DNA of 64,000 nt, from contig NC_052154.1 of assembly GCF_902713615.1 (NCBI RefSeq), forward strand, positions 80,393,072 through 80,457,071, written 5' to 3'. Positions 12,959-26,677 of this stretch are shown here, one piece after another; within the stretch, counting starts at the first letter, position 1, and each line of letters opens with the position of its first letter. The stretch is from Scyliorhinus canicula. Lineage: Eukaryota. A program made the translations under genes and the position numbers. The notes below the pieces were generated by a model, which made no database searches, was not told the origin of the DNA, and worked only from the letters and a program-made list of their open reading frames with translations.

Positions 12959-13984
12959 CTGCATCTCTATTGACCTATCCTTCATCCTTCAACCTAATTT
13001 ACCAATTCACTTTAGCCAGCTTAGCTTTCATGCCCTCATAATTGCCCTTTGAGTTTAAAAACAGTCTTCGACCAACTCCCCTCTCTCCAACTGACTGTAA
13101 AATTCAATCATGCCATTGTTACTGCTACCGAGGAACACCTCTATGAGATCAGTAATTGCTCCCATCTCATTGCACAATACCATTTCTAATATAGCCTGCT
13201 TTCTGGTTGGCTTCAGAACATGCTGTTCTAAGGAACTACCTCAAAAACACCCAATTAACTCAACTGGGCTACCTTTGCCCATCTGATGTTTCCAATCTAT
13301 AAATCTCCCATGATAACGCTGTACCTTTTATGAACAAACTCTCATTAATTCTTCCTTTATGCTCCACCCTACAATGTGTTTACTGTTGGGAGGCCTGCAC
13401 ACTAATTCCCCAAGTGACTCATCTTTACTCAAGCGGTTTCCACATCCTGGTTTCTTAAACGTAGGCCCTCCCTCTGTGTTGTGCTAGCATCATTAACTAA
13501 CAGAGCCAGTCCTCCACTTTTTCCCCTCTTCCTGTGCTTCCTTATTTCCTGTGCCCTTTGACATTCAGGTCCCGCTCATGTCCTCCTGCAGCCATGTCTC
13601 TGTAATGGCTACAAATTTTACTTCTTTCTGTGTTCTGAGTTCATCTGTTTTGTTTTGAATGCTACGTGCATTCCGACGCAGTCTTCTGTTTTATCCTTTG
13701 GTTATTTTAATCTCCTAATCTTATCCCGATTTACTGTTAGATTTGTACACTCTATCTCTTCCTCTAACTTTTCATTTCCTATAATAATAGCTTTCTCTTT
13801 TGTCTGGTCTCTTCTCTTTCATTTACTACATTTTCCAAAATGTAATCCCTTGCCCCCACTTTAGTTTGAAACCCCTTCTACTTCCCTAGTACTGTGGCAA
13901 GAACATTGCTCCCAGCACAGTTCAGGTGTAGGGTATCCCAATGCTATAGATCTGACTTTCCCTAGTACTGGTGCCAGTACCCCA

Positions 13985-14545
13985 TGGGTGGCACGGTAGT
14001 ATAGTGGTTAGCACAGTTGCTTTGTGGCTCCAGGGTCCCAGGATTGATTCCCGCATTGGGTCACTGTCTATGCGGAGTCTCCACGTTCTCCCTGTGTGTG
14101 CGTGGGTTTCCTCCAGGTGCTCCGGTTTCCTCCCACAGTCCAAAGATGTGCAGGGTAGGCGGATTGGTCACGCTAAATTACTCTGTAGTGTCCAAAACAT
14201 GAGGTGGGGTTGCTGGGTTATGGGGAGAGGGTGGAGTTGTGGGTTTAGATGGGGTGCTCATTCGGGGGGCTGAATCGCCTCCTTATGCACTGTAAATTCT
14301 ACGAACTGGAACCCACTTCTCCAACACTAGTCTTTGAGCCACAAATTCACACAAGATACAAGAATTAGAAGCAGGAGAATGCCACCAGGCCCTTCAAGCT
14401 TTCCCTGTCATTTTTTAAATTTTTTAAGAATTTAGAGTACCCAGTTTTTCTTTTTTTTTTCAATTAATGGGCATTTTAACATGGCCAATCTACCTGCCCT
14501 GTACATCTTTAGGTTGTGCGGGTGATACCCACGCAGACATACAGA
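13985..14545. mobile_element. SINE (+, ~13985-14305) and partial SINE (-, ~14415-14545)
   Basis: A/B-box-like head and V-domain; opposite orientations. Confidence 0.75.
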
Positions 14546-14549
14546 AGTC

Positions 14550-14832
14550 TGAGAACACGCACGAACAGACTCAAAAGCAGCAGCTTCCCCACTGTTACCA
14601 GACTCCTAAATGACCCTCTAATGGACTGACCTCATTAACACTACACCCTGGATGCTTCATCCGATGCCAGTGCTTATGTAGTTACATTGTATATCTTGTG
14701 TTGTCCTATTATGTATTTTCTTTTATTCCCTTTTCTTCCCATGTACCTAATGATCTGTTGAGCTGCTCGCAGAAAAATACTTTTCACTGTACCTCGGTAC
14801 ACGTGACAATAAACAAATCCAATCCAATCCAA
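14550..14832 (+). mobile_element. LINE 3' end with (ATCCA)n tail (Rex1/Babar-like)
   Basis: Degenerate RTRTNRLK..FP.VTRLLN end and a caatc repeat tail; a second copy lies at ~54915-55072. Confidence 0.6.
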
Positions 14833-15552
14833 CCACCACCACTTATGGATGTTTAACTCTAACATTCCAGTAATATTTCCCAAGGCAAAGTTGCTGTCAC
14901 TTCAATAAGGTATACCGCTCAAACCTCCTCCCCACTCTGCTGTGGGCATCTAAGAAATCTTCAGAACAAGATTGTAGCCCATGGGTTTGCTGGCTTGACT
15001 GGATGGTTGATTCAAACTGCACCTTTTCCCAGCCCATAACTGTTTCTAGGAGATCCTCCTCGCAGGGCCAACACCTAACCTCAGACTCTCATCTTTCCAG
15101 TTTCTATTTTGTCTCTGCTTTTGGATCAGTAAGATGTAATATAACCTCTGTTTATCCATGGAATTCCTGTAAGTTGCAAAATGTTTCTTGTCACCTCTGA
15201 ACTTCTCTTTTGGTAATCAAACTCTGAACCTATCTTTAAAGAAAATGCAAATGTTAGATCCAACCTAATTACATGTAACTCAATCCCACCATACTCATTA
15301 CCAATGCACAAACCAAAAGTAATTATCCTTTCATGACTTAATTCTTCCAAATAAATGGTTTCTTGTAACCTTTTCCCAACTTAATTAAATAATTTATATG
15401 GTCTTCTATACTGAAACAAATGCACTATTCCTCCTGAAATATGAAGAAAACCTCCATTCTCGTAGTAACAATGGAGGTCCTCAGCTATTCATCAATCAAT
15501 GCCATGGGCTTTGTTTGAGTAGGCAGACTGGCCAAAGGCCAATCTGAAAGAG

Positions 15553-15600
15553 TGGCATTTCGGAAATGGCAATGGCATTTCGGAAATGGCAATGGCATTT
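15553..15600. repeat. 20-bp tandem repeat (TGGCATTTCGGAAATGGCAA x2.4)
   Basis: Direct reading of the sequence. Confidence 0.85.
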
Positions 15601-15609
15601 CCAGTATTG

Positions 15610-16703
15610 AATAAAGAAAAGTACAGCACAGGAACAGGCCCTCCAGGCCTGCGGTGACCATGCTGCCCGTCTAAACTAAAATCTTCTACCCTTCCGGAGT
15701 CCGTATCCCTCTATTCCCATCCTATTCATGTATTTGTCAAGATGCCCCTTAAACGTCACTATCGTCCCTACTTCCACCACCGGCAGCGAGTTCCAGGCAC
15801 GCACTACCCCCTGTGTATAAAAAAAAAAACAACTTGCCTCGTACATCTCCTCTAAACCTTGCCCCTTGCACCTTAAACCTATGCCCCCTAGTAATTCCCC
15901 TACCCTGGGAAAAAGTCTCTGACTATCCACTCTGTCTATGCCCCTCATAATTTTGTGTACCTCTATCAGGTTGCTCCTCAACCTCCTTCGTTCCAGTGAG
16001 CACAAACCACGTTCGTTCAACCTCTTCTCATGACTAATGTCCTCCATACCAGGCAACATCTTGGTAAATCTCTTCTGCACCGTCTCTAAAGCCTTTACAT
16101 CCTTCTGGTAGTGTGGCGACCAGAATTGAACACGATACTCCAAATGTGGCCTAACTAAGGTTCTATACAGCTGCAACATGACTTGCCAATATTTGTACTC
16201 CATGCCTCAGCCAATGAAGGCAAGCATGCCATATGCCTTCTTGACTACCTTCTCCGCCTGTGTTGCCCCTTTCAGTGACCTGTGGACCTGTACATCTAGA
16301 TCTCTCTGACTTTTGATACTCTTGAGGGTTCTACCATTTACTGTATATTCCCTACCTTTATAAGACCTTCCAAAATGCATCACCTCTCATTTGTCCGAAT
16401 TAAACTCCATCTGCCATCTCGCCGCCCAAGTCTCCAAATGATCTAAATGCTGCTGTATCCTCTGACCGAACTCATCGCTATCTGCAATTCCACCAACCTT
16501 TGTGTTGTCTGCAAACTTACTAATCAGACCAGTTACATTTTCCTCCAAATAATTCATATATACTACAAACAGCAACGGTCACAGCACTGATCCCTGCGGA
16601 ACACTAGTCACAGCCCTCCAATCAGAAAAGCACCCTTTCTTTGCTACTATCTGTCTTCTATGACCTAGCCAGATCTGTATCCATCTTGCCAGCTCACCTC
16701 TGA
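15610..16703 (-). mobile_element. CR1-type LINE RT C-terminus and 3' end
   Basis: ORFs 15676..16203 (LYRTLVRPHLEYRVQFWSPHYQKD) and 16387..16575 (ISKFADNTKVGG). Confidence 0.9.
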
Positions 16704-17149
16704 CAAAGTCCCTCATGGCAGACTGGTACAAAAGGTGAAGTCACACGGGATCAGAGGCCTTACTGACGTCCATATAGACAATTATTCCATTAAAGTCAGC
16801 CTCGGGTTGTGTGTGCAAAGGTCCTGGAAAAGGACTTGTGCTTCAGTCTAAGATCAGAAGCTCGAGTGCTGTCAGTAAACCATGGCTAATGTTACTGTGA
16901 ACAAAATCTGCCCAAAGATTCCTCTCACCATCCTTTAGCCCCAGCATAAAACAGATGTCAGTTGGCTCAGCAGCTGACTTGTAAGTCATGGTGGCATCTG
17001 TCTGAAATAATCAAATTTGCTATTCGTTTTGAGCAGGTAAGATATGTGGAACATGTGTAATGTTCAAAGCTTCAGAATGAGCAAGAAGCACCATTCCAAT
17101 TAAAGAGATCAAAGTAAATGACCAGTGAAATATCGGGCCTGATGGAGTA

Positions 17150-18400
17150 CAGAAGAGAAAGGTGAAGAAAATAGATCAATGGAAATATCAGAAATTGGTA
17201 AAAAGATAAAACAAACCAGTTGAAGAGAAGGAAAAATGGGTCCGGAGTAGAAAAATGTAAAGACACAGACTGAAGAATAATGCCTAACAGCATTGGGCAA
17301 CATGCAAGAAATGTTAGATGTACGTCTTGCAGATTTAACAACGGGAAATATGGTCCTTTTTCTATAACTTCCCCAAGTGTGCTTGCAAGATGGACTGAAT
17401 GTACAACACTTTGTTTGAAGACAACTGACCTGAAGAAAAGACAACAATTAGAAGATTGAAGGAGAAATGATATCCTTATGGTATGCATGCTATCTGAAAG
17501 AGCCAGAGATGAAAAAAAAATGTATTCTTGCATTTTATTCAGTATAGGAAGGCACTTGATAAGGTGAAACATGAGGAACTGATTGTGTTATCTTGGTCTC
17601 GATTCCAAAGATCTTAATGAGGAGAAATATTTACTGGGAACAATCCTAGTGATTTTTGCAGAGGTTTAGAGGAGTCAGGTAGAGGTGTTTTCTCCCCAGA
17701 TTTATTTGGTTTGTCTGGTGCAAATATTCTTAGATTGAGGACCTTACTGGATTATTAGTTTGAGGCTACAACCTTAATATAAGATGCACCTATGACCCTG
17801 TTCTTATTGCTGACTCTGAAGAGAAACAAATATTTTAGATTGAGTCATGGGTCAGTGAGAAGGAAGGACTGAGACAAAATTGATGAAGGAAACAACGTGT
17901 AGTAGTGTCCAAAAAGGAAATCCTACCAGAATATAAGATCACTGAAGAATGCAAAGTTCAAACAGGTGACAAATTTTGTTACCTAGCAAGTATTTTAACA
18001 CCAGACTGTGCGACCAAGAAATAAGACAAAGGATTGGAGTGGCTAAAGATGCATTCAAAAATGAAAAAGATGATCAACTCAAATGGGATGCCAGAATACT
18101 CCAATTTTGACGTAGAAAATATGTGTTGGACCATCTGTGAAACAGTGCAGAGAACAATTGAGGCTGCAAGATGGACTGATGTTTTTTAAAGTAAATAATG
18201 AAGATATCTTGGACCAGTCTCATGGCCAATGAAGAGGTGCTAGTTTAAATCTGAGATCAAAAGAACGGCTAACTGAGGTTGTTGGAATATTCTGGACACT
18301 TAGAAGGTCTGCTGGTGGGAAATGCCAGTAGTAAAGTGATAGAGATAAACAAAGAACTGTATTTTTGAAGAGCTTTGCAATCTGGATGAATATACCACCA
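17150..18400 (+). mobile_element. Old RTE-like LINE fragments
   Basis: Degenerate RT motifs (..YRKALDKVKHEEL; DKFCYLASILT...RIGVAKDAF) across frameshifts; boundaries approximate. Confidence 0.5.
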
Positions 18401-19149
18401 ACAAAGACTGTCTATGTCCCTAGAGCAAGACTAACGTGGAGGTCTATGGTCATCAATGCCCTCTCCGAGCATTGTACCTGAAGAGTGAGAAGATATGGGG
18501 GAGATTGGTGTTGTATGATCCAAGTGGCTTCCTCCTTGCATTTTTTCTGAGCTGTTCAATCTCGTGTGCTTTCATATTTAAATTTATTTTGCCCATGAAT
18601 GCTTATGCCATACAAAATCTCTCCTCTGGCATATTGTTTACAGATGCCCCCTGACACTTTCCCTGAAGTGGCAAACATTTGACGCTTGTGTGATCGGCCT
18701 GTGGTCACCTTCCATTTCCTGTAACCCCCCCCAAACCTTAATGGAACAGGGCATTTTGCATGTACCATTTCCAATTAGATTTTACTGTTCCTGCTACATC
18801 TCCGCTCCAATTTTGTGGCCTTAAGTTGCCAGAAGTGTGAAAATACATATTGCATTGGAAAGAGACAAAAAATAAATTTTAATCTAGAATGAAGTGACTA
18901 GCTTGTCTTCTGAGTGATTTTCACATTAAGGTTGAGAGGGTTTGCTAGGCACAAAAGTTGTTTCCAACAGGGCAATTAAGGGAAACTTGCCCAGGTGGAA
19001 TGGCGTGCTAGAAGCGAGTTTTGTATGAAGTGTAAATGCCAATATGGACCAGTTGGATTGAATGGCTTGTTTTGTGCTGAACATTGTTTGTAATAAGTGT
19101 GTTCTGAATTTTTTCTGACAAGATTTGGGCTGCTATCTTTACGAGCTAA

Positions 19150-19359
<210 letters not shown>

Positions 19360-19659
19360 TAATAAAGGAATATAATTCCTGCACACACTGCTTCATTCAT
19401 AGTTTAGAGCTTACAATGGGCTGGGGGAGGGGGATCAGCTCTAATTTGCTTTGATATTATTTTGCATTGGCAAGGTCAGAAGCAGCCTTCGCAGACCTGT
19501 GATAAATACATCAGTCATGAATCTGATCTGTACTGACTTATTTGTATCCTTGCACATTAAAATGTGAACCAGGGACCCTGGTGCTGGGGTGGGAGATCTA
19601 CCTAGAAAATTGTGAGCAATGTGCATTTTCCCTCTTTGCCAACATGTGTTCGACCATAA

Positions 19660-20060
19660 AACCGTAAGACATGGGGGCAGAATTAGGCCACTTCGCCCAT
19701 CGAGTCTGCTCCGCCATTCAATCATGGCTGATATTTTCCCATCCCCATTCTCCTACCTTCGTCCATAATCCCTGATCCCCTTATTGTTCAAGAACCTATC
19801 TATCTCTGTAAAGGATTGTCCCTTTAGTCTGAGATAGTGTCCTCTGCTTCTAGTTTTTCCTACAAGTGGAAACATCCTCTCCACATCCACTCTATCCAGG
19901 CCTCGCAGTATCTTGTAAGTTTCAATAAGATCCCCTCTCACCCTTCTAAACTCCGAACGAGTACAGACCCAGAGTCCTCAAGTTCCTCATATGACATGAA
20001 AGTTCTTCATTCCAGGGATAATTCTTGTGAACTTCCTCTGGACCCTTTCCAAGACCAGTC
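19660..20060 (-). mobile_element. CR1-type LINE 3' fragment
   Basis: MRGDLIETYKILRGLDRVDVERMFPLVG and the same tail as the copy ending at 4316. Confidence 0.85.
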
Positions 20061-20124
20061 TTCCTTGTTTATAAGTTAACTGTCTTTGTGGGCAGATCAA
20101 ACGTTGCCCTACTTTCATTTCATT

Positions 20125-20440
20125 TCACGGTAGCACAGTGATTAGCACAGTTGCTTCACAGCTCCAAGGGCCCAGGTTCAATTCCTGGCTTGGGCCATTG
20201 TCTCTGCGGAGTCTGCACGATTCTCCCCCTGTCTGCATGGATTTCCTCCGGGTGCTCCGGTTTCCTCCCAGAGTCCAAAGATGTGCAGGTTGGGTGGATT
20301 GGCCATGCTAAATTGCCCTTGGTGCCCACAAAAGAGGTTAGGCGGGGTTATTGGTTTACAGGGATAGGGTGGAGGTGTGGGCTTGAGTAGGGTGCAGACT
20401 CAATGGGCTGAATGGTCTCCTGCACTGTAAATTGTATGAT
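20125..20440 (+). mobile_element. HE1/V-SINE-like SINE
   Basis: Head with B-box-like GGTTCAATTCC and V-domain. Confidence 0.8.
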
Positions 20441-20984
20441 TAGGGAACAGAGTAGGTAATTTAACCCTCCAAGCCTATTCCACTGTTCAGTGATGTCATG
20501 GCAGACCTGTGACTGAACTCTGCACACCAGGTGCTCTCTCGCATTTGTTTAAATTCCTATGAAGGGCCTGTCTTCCATTTTTCTCAAGGACCTCATTACT
20601 AAATGTAAAAATAGAGATGGGGATGTCCCTTTAGGTCAGCTAGACATTTCCTGTAGATGCTCTGCTGCAGCAAATTCAGCCCATTTGACCTTTTGGTTGC
20701 CTGGTTAGTTGCACGTTTTTGCTTTGTAAATTGCTGCAGCTGCAAGTAGATAAGATGGGTGGGCGGGGGGGGGGGGGGGGGGGGGGGGCAGAAAGAGAGA
20801 AAGCTAGGGGCATAGTTTCTGAGCCGCCTTAATCAAATTTTAAGGATTGAGAAATGGAAGAGCTGAAAAAGGGGGTGAGTCCAATCTGAAAGAGATACAA
20901 AGATTACATTTGGGGTGGAGGGGGGGGAAATCATTTCTATCTTAACACCTGAAGTAACAGGACCGTGCTCTTCACCTTCTGGAC

Positions 20985-21535
20985 TTGAGGTTATTGTCAC
21001 AAGTAGGCTTACATTAACACTGCAGTGAAGGTACCGTGAAAATCCTCTAGTCGTCACATTCCAGCACCTGTTCGGAGACACGGGGAGAATTCAGAATGTC
21101 CAAATTACCTAACAGCAGGACTTGTAGGAGTAAACCGGAGCACCTGGAAGAAACGCATGCAGGCACTGGGGAAACATGCAGACTCCGTACAGACAGTGAC
21201 CCAAGCCGGGAATCAAACCTGGGACCCTGGCGTTGTGAAGCAAGAGTGCTAACCATTGGTACTGTGCCACCCTCACTCGCATGATTTAAAAATTACTAGG
21301 TTTAACTTTCTGTACTGAGTTTAATGAACAATCAATATGCAAATCTGAAGTGAAATGAACTTTTCCCAAATGAAATGAAAATCGCTTATTGTCACGAGTT
21401 GGCTTCAAATGAAGTTACTGTGAAAAGCCCCTAGTCGCCACATTCCGGTGCCTGTTCGGGAAGGCTGTTACGGGAATCAAACCGTGCTGCTGGCCTGCCT
21501 TGATCTGCTTTCAAAGCCAGAGATTTAGCCCAGTT
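20985..21535 (-). mobile_element. Two SINE copies/fragments (~20985-21272 and ~21365-21535)
   Basis: Shared tail gtggcgactagggg...cttgtgacaataa in reverse complement. Confidence 0.7.
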
Positions 21536-22003
21536 CACAACTTTGGGGCATATCTCCTTCCATACCAAATGCTGGTGGCTAATTTTCACACCTAAGCAGT
21601 GTGTGTCAATTGTACATTTTGTTTTCCTCAGTATTTTGTTCCCATAAAAATTTGGGATACTTGCATGAACTGAGGGACCAGACTTCCAACAAAGGGTATC
21701 TGTCTCCACCACCCTTGTATCATGATTTGTTTTTCTATAACTTTTATTTTCTGCCAGGAATTAGTTGACTTTTAAAACCATTCCTGTGAGTATGGTATAA
21801 CTAACTCTGGGAGATTCCAATTCAGGGTACATTGGCTGCTTTAGTGCATACAATTGGGCAACCTGAAATCTAATGCAGGTTCCTTAAAAAGATTTAATTA
21901 ATGCTCTTGAATTGTATTGTTCATACTTAAAGGAGAAAATAATTTCTTTCCTTGCAGTAAATATTTATGTAATCTAAAACTCTCCAACTGTTTTAAATTC
22001 TAG

Positions 22004-22025
22004 GTTTAATTTTATTTATAACTGA
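22004..22025 (+). CDS. NUDT21: NUDT21 terminal coding exon, (R)FNFIYN-stop, followed by the 3' UTR
   Basis: ttctAG acceptor, then g ttt aat ttt att tat aac tga; matches the known CFIm25 C-terminus RFNFIYN. Confidence 0.95.
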
Positions 22026-22274
22026 AGTTTATGAACATCTCCGGCACAAGATCATGGTGGCCATCCAAGTCCAGTTTTTAAGAACAACATCAACCATGGC
22101 TTCTGTCAGCCACTGAATTGATCAGTTCTTCAAACCCAGCCCACTGACATTTTGCAGCACCTGCTCTACTTGACTGGTGCTCTTGTTCAACTCTACAATA
22201 AGTGAAGACTAGGAACGTGCGCTTTTTTAAAAGTTACTTTCTGCTAGTGTGTAATTGTTTGCATTTTCTACTTT

Positions 22275-22280
22275 ATTAAA
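22275..22280 (+). terminator. Candidate proximal polyadenylation signal (ATTAAA) of NUDT21
   Basis: ATTAAA ~250 nt after the stop, with U/GU-rich sequence downstream and several TGTA motifs nearby (22250, 22313, 22332, 22366, 22376). Usage not demonstrated. Confidence 0.35.
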
Positions 22281-23584
22281 TGGATAAAGATACATTTTGA
22301 GGGTTTTAATTGTGTAAAAGATTCAGATTTTTGTATTTCACCCTGTTTATTTTTAACTTCTACTTTGTAATTGAATGTAGCACGCAATCTAGTAGGATTG
22401 GTAATTCACTGAATGGATTCTGCTGCTTTGATTGATGCAGTAGAAAGGTTTTTGCTGCTCCTCTTGGAGTCCACATCTTTATATTTGGACTCCTTTACGA
22501 TCAGTTCTGGGACTTGTGACTTTATACTGTTGGTTGGGATTTTAACTCTTTGTACATTTTGCACAAATGCTCATGTTTTCTGCTCATTCCATGTGATTGC
22601 GGTGTGCCAATGACCTGTCTTTTGCTGGTTTGTGGGCCTGTCCAATTTGCTCAGTGTCTGCTGAGTATAATTTAAATTGTGTGAAGTACTTTAATCTTCA
22701 GAAAATTGCAATGATCAGAATCTGTGGGTACTACAGTAAATACCGCGTTGCAGGCAGTCCATAAGGCTACTTGTAGATTTTCATGAATTTGTGTCAAAAT
22801 GTATTCAAAAAAAATACTGGGAAATTGTTAAAACTACGAAGGAAGAAGAAACCTGTACTGGACTAAAGCTACTAAGGTTAGCCTGGGCTGTTTTTAAACA
22901 AAAGAAAATTGTAATCCTGAAAGGTAACACACCACTTGCCGTTCTAGGCTTTGGCTTTGTGTCCCGAGTTGGTAGTGTGTCCATGGTTCATTTAGATATG
23001 TTGCACAGGAGATGTATTCATTCCTGCTTGGCAAGAAATGAGAGTTAGAACATGGAAATTGTAGAATCATTATTGACCACAGTAGGTTAAAGAAATGTCC
23101 CTTGGTGACATGAGGCCTTGCCTGTATCATCCACATTCTTAAATGGAGTCAAGTATCTTGTATCTTGAAGGTTTTGCCTATTATGATGCTGTATGTCATT
23201 GTAATGTTTCACATCACACTGACAGAATGGAATGCTAGAACATTACTTCTGGCAGATGCAGTTAGTAGTACTGTTGGAGTCACAGTGCACTGAAATGTTG
23301 CAGTTTATACAGTTATATGTTTGGCTTCAAAAGTTGGTTGGTGCCAGGACTAGCAATGTGTGAATGGGTCTGTCACTTGTGGGAGTGATTGGGGGGGGAA
23401 TTGTGTTACTTTAGTGTGAAGCGGCCAGTGGGACTATCATTAGTCTCATGCTGTAAGTTTGACAATGCAGTTGATGACACTTTTTTTTCTTTTCTTTGTG
23501 GTTTCACTCCCTCTCTTTTCCCTTGACCCTTTGAACTGATCTTCAAGTTTTGGCAAAGTAACCAAGTGGTTCTCCCACCTCTTC

Positions 23585-23628
23585 TATATATATATATATA
23601 CACACACACACAGACACACACTCTCTCT
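23585..23628. repeat. (TA)n(CA)n(CT)n compound microsatellite in the NUDT21 3' region
   Basis: Direct reading of the sequence. Confidence 0.85.
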
Positions 23629-24059
23629 CTACCAAAATGCCTGAACTCTATCACCGAGGCCCTCAGAAGGTCAGGACTTTTTTTTTTTTGCTGTTTGTCA
23701 GAAATATATCTGTTGGTGGGCCCCTCTCCAAATACCTTCTATTCTTGGTTGTAGAACCTGGCTTATGATCCTGTATCCTCCTTTTTGACCCATTTGTTTC
23801 CAAAAGACCCTTGCTGGATGTTATTGGCGTACTAACCGAGGAATGGGTTCATTTATAATGGTAGGCTCCATGTTAACTGTGTTCACTCTTTGAGCTATTT
23901 TGATCTCTAGGGTTTGACACTAACAACTGCACCTCTCTGGTAGTGGCAAAAATGAATTTCTAAATGTTTCATTAGTTGCTGGCTGCAGGTTTCTGAGTAG
24001 CCTCGTGATGCTTTCTCTTTAAAGGTAGGATGTCCTGATAGAGGTCTACAAAATTGAGA

Positions 24060-24730
24060 CTTTTTCAGGGTGGAAGCGTCAATTATAAGGAGGCATAGGT
24101 TCAAGGTGAGAGGGAAAAGTTTAAGGGAGATGTACGGGGTAAGTTTTTAACTCTGGGAGTGATGGGTGTCTGGAACTTGCTGCCAGAGACTGTGTTGGAA
24201 GCAGGCACATGCTGTATCTGGCTGGGTACATGAATAGTGAGGAAATAGAGGGATAGTGACTGAGTTAAGGGCAGGTGTTTTTTTTTCATTGGGGCATCGC
24301 GATTGGAACGGGCCTGGAGGGCTTGTTCCTGTGCTGTATTGTTCTTTGTCTGTCCCTCAATTGAAATTGGGATCCTATTAAACAGTTTGGTTGGGATCCT
24401 ATTAAACAGTTTGAATTTTACAGCGTTATACATTGGATTTCCTATTATTCTATGTCACAACACTAGATTTAGAACTGAGATGAGAAGGATCTACTTCTCG
24501 CAGAGGGTGGTGAATTTGTGAACTCTGCCCCATAGTGTGGGAGAGCCTGAGTCATTCAATAGTTTCAAGAAAAAGATAGATATATTTCTGATAAAACTGG
24601 TTAAAGGGATCTCAGGAACAGGTAGGGAGATGGATTTGAGACGGGGAAGAGTTCAGCCTTTATCTGATTGAATGGCGGAGCAGGCTCGGGCTGAATTGCC
24701 TACTTCTGCTCCTAATTCCTATGTTCAAGA
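24060..24730 (+). mobile_element. Two CR1-type 3' end fragments with a 24-bp tandem duplication between them (24367-24413)
   Basis: CR1 tail motifs; TTGGGATCCTATTAAACAGTTTG occurs twice. Confidence 0.65.
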
Positions 24731-25121
24731 TTACAACAAATGCTTGCTGTTGCCTTAAACAGTAACAAATAGAACAAATTTTAAAAAGGCAGCTTATATT
24801 CTTAAACATTAAATTAATATGCATTTTATTAAACGGCTCCATAAGGAATCCCAAACCATAGAAACTCAGTAAAGCTGGCATTGCAAAATTTGGATGACTT
24901 GATTGATCTCATTTCAAAAACTTGCATGTTTCAAATCCAGTCAACACCGACCAGAGCAAATTTGTGACTCGTTACTTTGCAAAACCATGCAATAGCATAA
25001 AAAGCAACTGCTATCAGACATGGTTTGCCACTTCAACATTTGATGGTGAGAATTTCACCACATACCCGTCTCAACACTCACCCTAGGTCCTTGTGCTGTT
25101 TCACATTATTCTGTAATTTGC

Positions 25122-25127
25122 AATAAA
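25122..25127 (+). terminator. Candidate distal polyadenylation signal (AATAAA) of NUDT21
   Basis: AATAAA with TGTA just upstream and a GT-rich stretch downstream; would imply a ~3.1 kb UTR. Usage not demonstrated. Confidence 0.3.
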
Positions 25128-25383
25128 TGAAACTCTGTGGTGTACAATCAAATACCAGGTACTTTGGCAAGGGGTAGCTTCCCTGATTCTAAGGCTTTGG
25201 GTTCCAGCTCCACTCTGAGTTGATGGGCAAGAACGGTTAGCCCAGGAATATCGCTAAATTGGCTATGACCGACAGTAAGAATGGGGGAGATTCTTGGTCA
25301 GCTGTGTGGTGGAAATAACTGAAGCTCTATCACCACTATCTATAGTTCCAGGGTACAACTTGGATGTAAAAGTAGCTGGTATA

Positions 25384-25760
25384 AGGTGGCGCAGTGGTTA
25401 GCACTGCTGCCTTACGGCGCCGAGGACCTGGGTTCGGTCCCGGGTCACTGTGGCGTTTTTACATTCTCCCCGTGTCTACGTGGATATCACCCCTGCAACC
25501 CAAAGTGATGTGCAGGCTTGGTGGATTGGCCATGCCAAATTGCTCCTTAATTGGAGAAGAAAAGAATTGGGCATTTTAAACTTGTATTTAAAAAAAAAAA
25601 GGAGGGAGGGCGAAGTAGCTGCTGTAGATCGGATTGGTGCCAACAGTCTGGGGTTTAATCCCCATTCCAGCTGGGGTGGATTTGGGACCTGCCTCCTTGC
25701 CATATCTATGGTGGGGTACATGGTGCTGTGGGACTGACCTGCCGTCAGGCAGAGCATCTG
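25384..25760 (+). mobile_element. SINE (~25384-25600) followed by a second SINE-like head (~25615-25760)
   Basis: A box TGGCGCAGTGG, B-box-like GGTTCGGTCCC and V-domain. Confidence 0.75.
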
Positions 25761-25799
25761 ATCCGACACCTATAAATAGCGCTCATATTTGAGTTGTTT

Positions 25800-25946
25800 T
25801 CAGGTTCTCGGTATGTCTTTCTTTGTCACGGTCACTTCTGCATACTCTACATGTTCGTCTTGTCGTTTAGAGTTCGATATTTTCTTAGAATCAGCGAGCT
25901 GCAGAGTGGCGTAAGTCAGCTTGTTATCTCCATTTCCTTGTTTAGT
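25800..25946 (-). pseudogene. Orphan cassette: terminal module 3 TKQGNGDNKLTYATLQLADSKKISNSKRQDEHVEYAEVTVTKKDIPRT-stop
   Basis: ctttcAG acceptor, open frame, ITIMs LTYATL and VEYAEV; homologous to 50361-50498. Confidence 0.8.
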
Positions 25947-26677
25947 CTGAAAGTAATATTTAATATCATCTGTTCATTCGTCAAGGCATTACTTGGGCAA
26001 CTGGGTTCATAAAAGACTAATCATTTTTTTTTTCTCAGTTTAAAGTCATATGGCCCATCAAGACTAAAGGCTCTCCTTGGAGCAGTTCCATCCCCTACAC
26101 TGATGGAGTAGCCTGGAAGGAAAGTGGCCACATAATTTCCTTTTCTTCCCCTTCAATCTGTGGGCCATTTTGTTGCCCCAGCTTCTCCAATCTAGCGTTG
26201 GAGCTAAAAATGCCCCCCCCCTCCCCCCACCACCACGCCGGGAATCATTGTTGCATCTCCTCTGCACATTCTGTAGGACTCGAATACTTAATATGTGGTG
26301 GCCAGAACTGGGTGCAAAACTCTGTGTCCTAAGCAAAACTTTTTACTCTTCACCTTTTGCTTGCCACTCCTGTACTAGCCAATCCTGTATTATGTCCAGC
26401 CATTGATGCAAATAGCTGTCCTGCACAATCTTTAGAACTGTGCCAGTAACTGGGTGTTACTTATCCCGAACCCTTCAGCCAAAGTCTATCACCTCACATT
26501 TTAAATTATATTTGCCACTTGGCTGCATATTCTTCTTGTTTGTGTTCTGATGCAGTCTATTGGTCTCATCCTTTTTTAACCATTCCTCTGAATTTGATAT
26601 CATTGGCAATTTATTAAACAGCAGGCAAAGAATTTCATACCGGTGATTATGTGGACATTTAAAGGGTTACCTATAGG

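Noticed and set aside
15553-15600. Partly palindromic 20-bp repeats resembling a CRISPR repeat
   Set aside because: The repeats are directly adjacent with no spacers, in a vertebrate intron: a simple tandem duplication.
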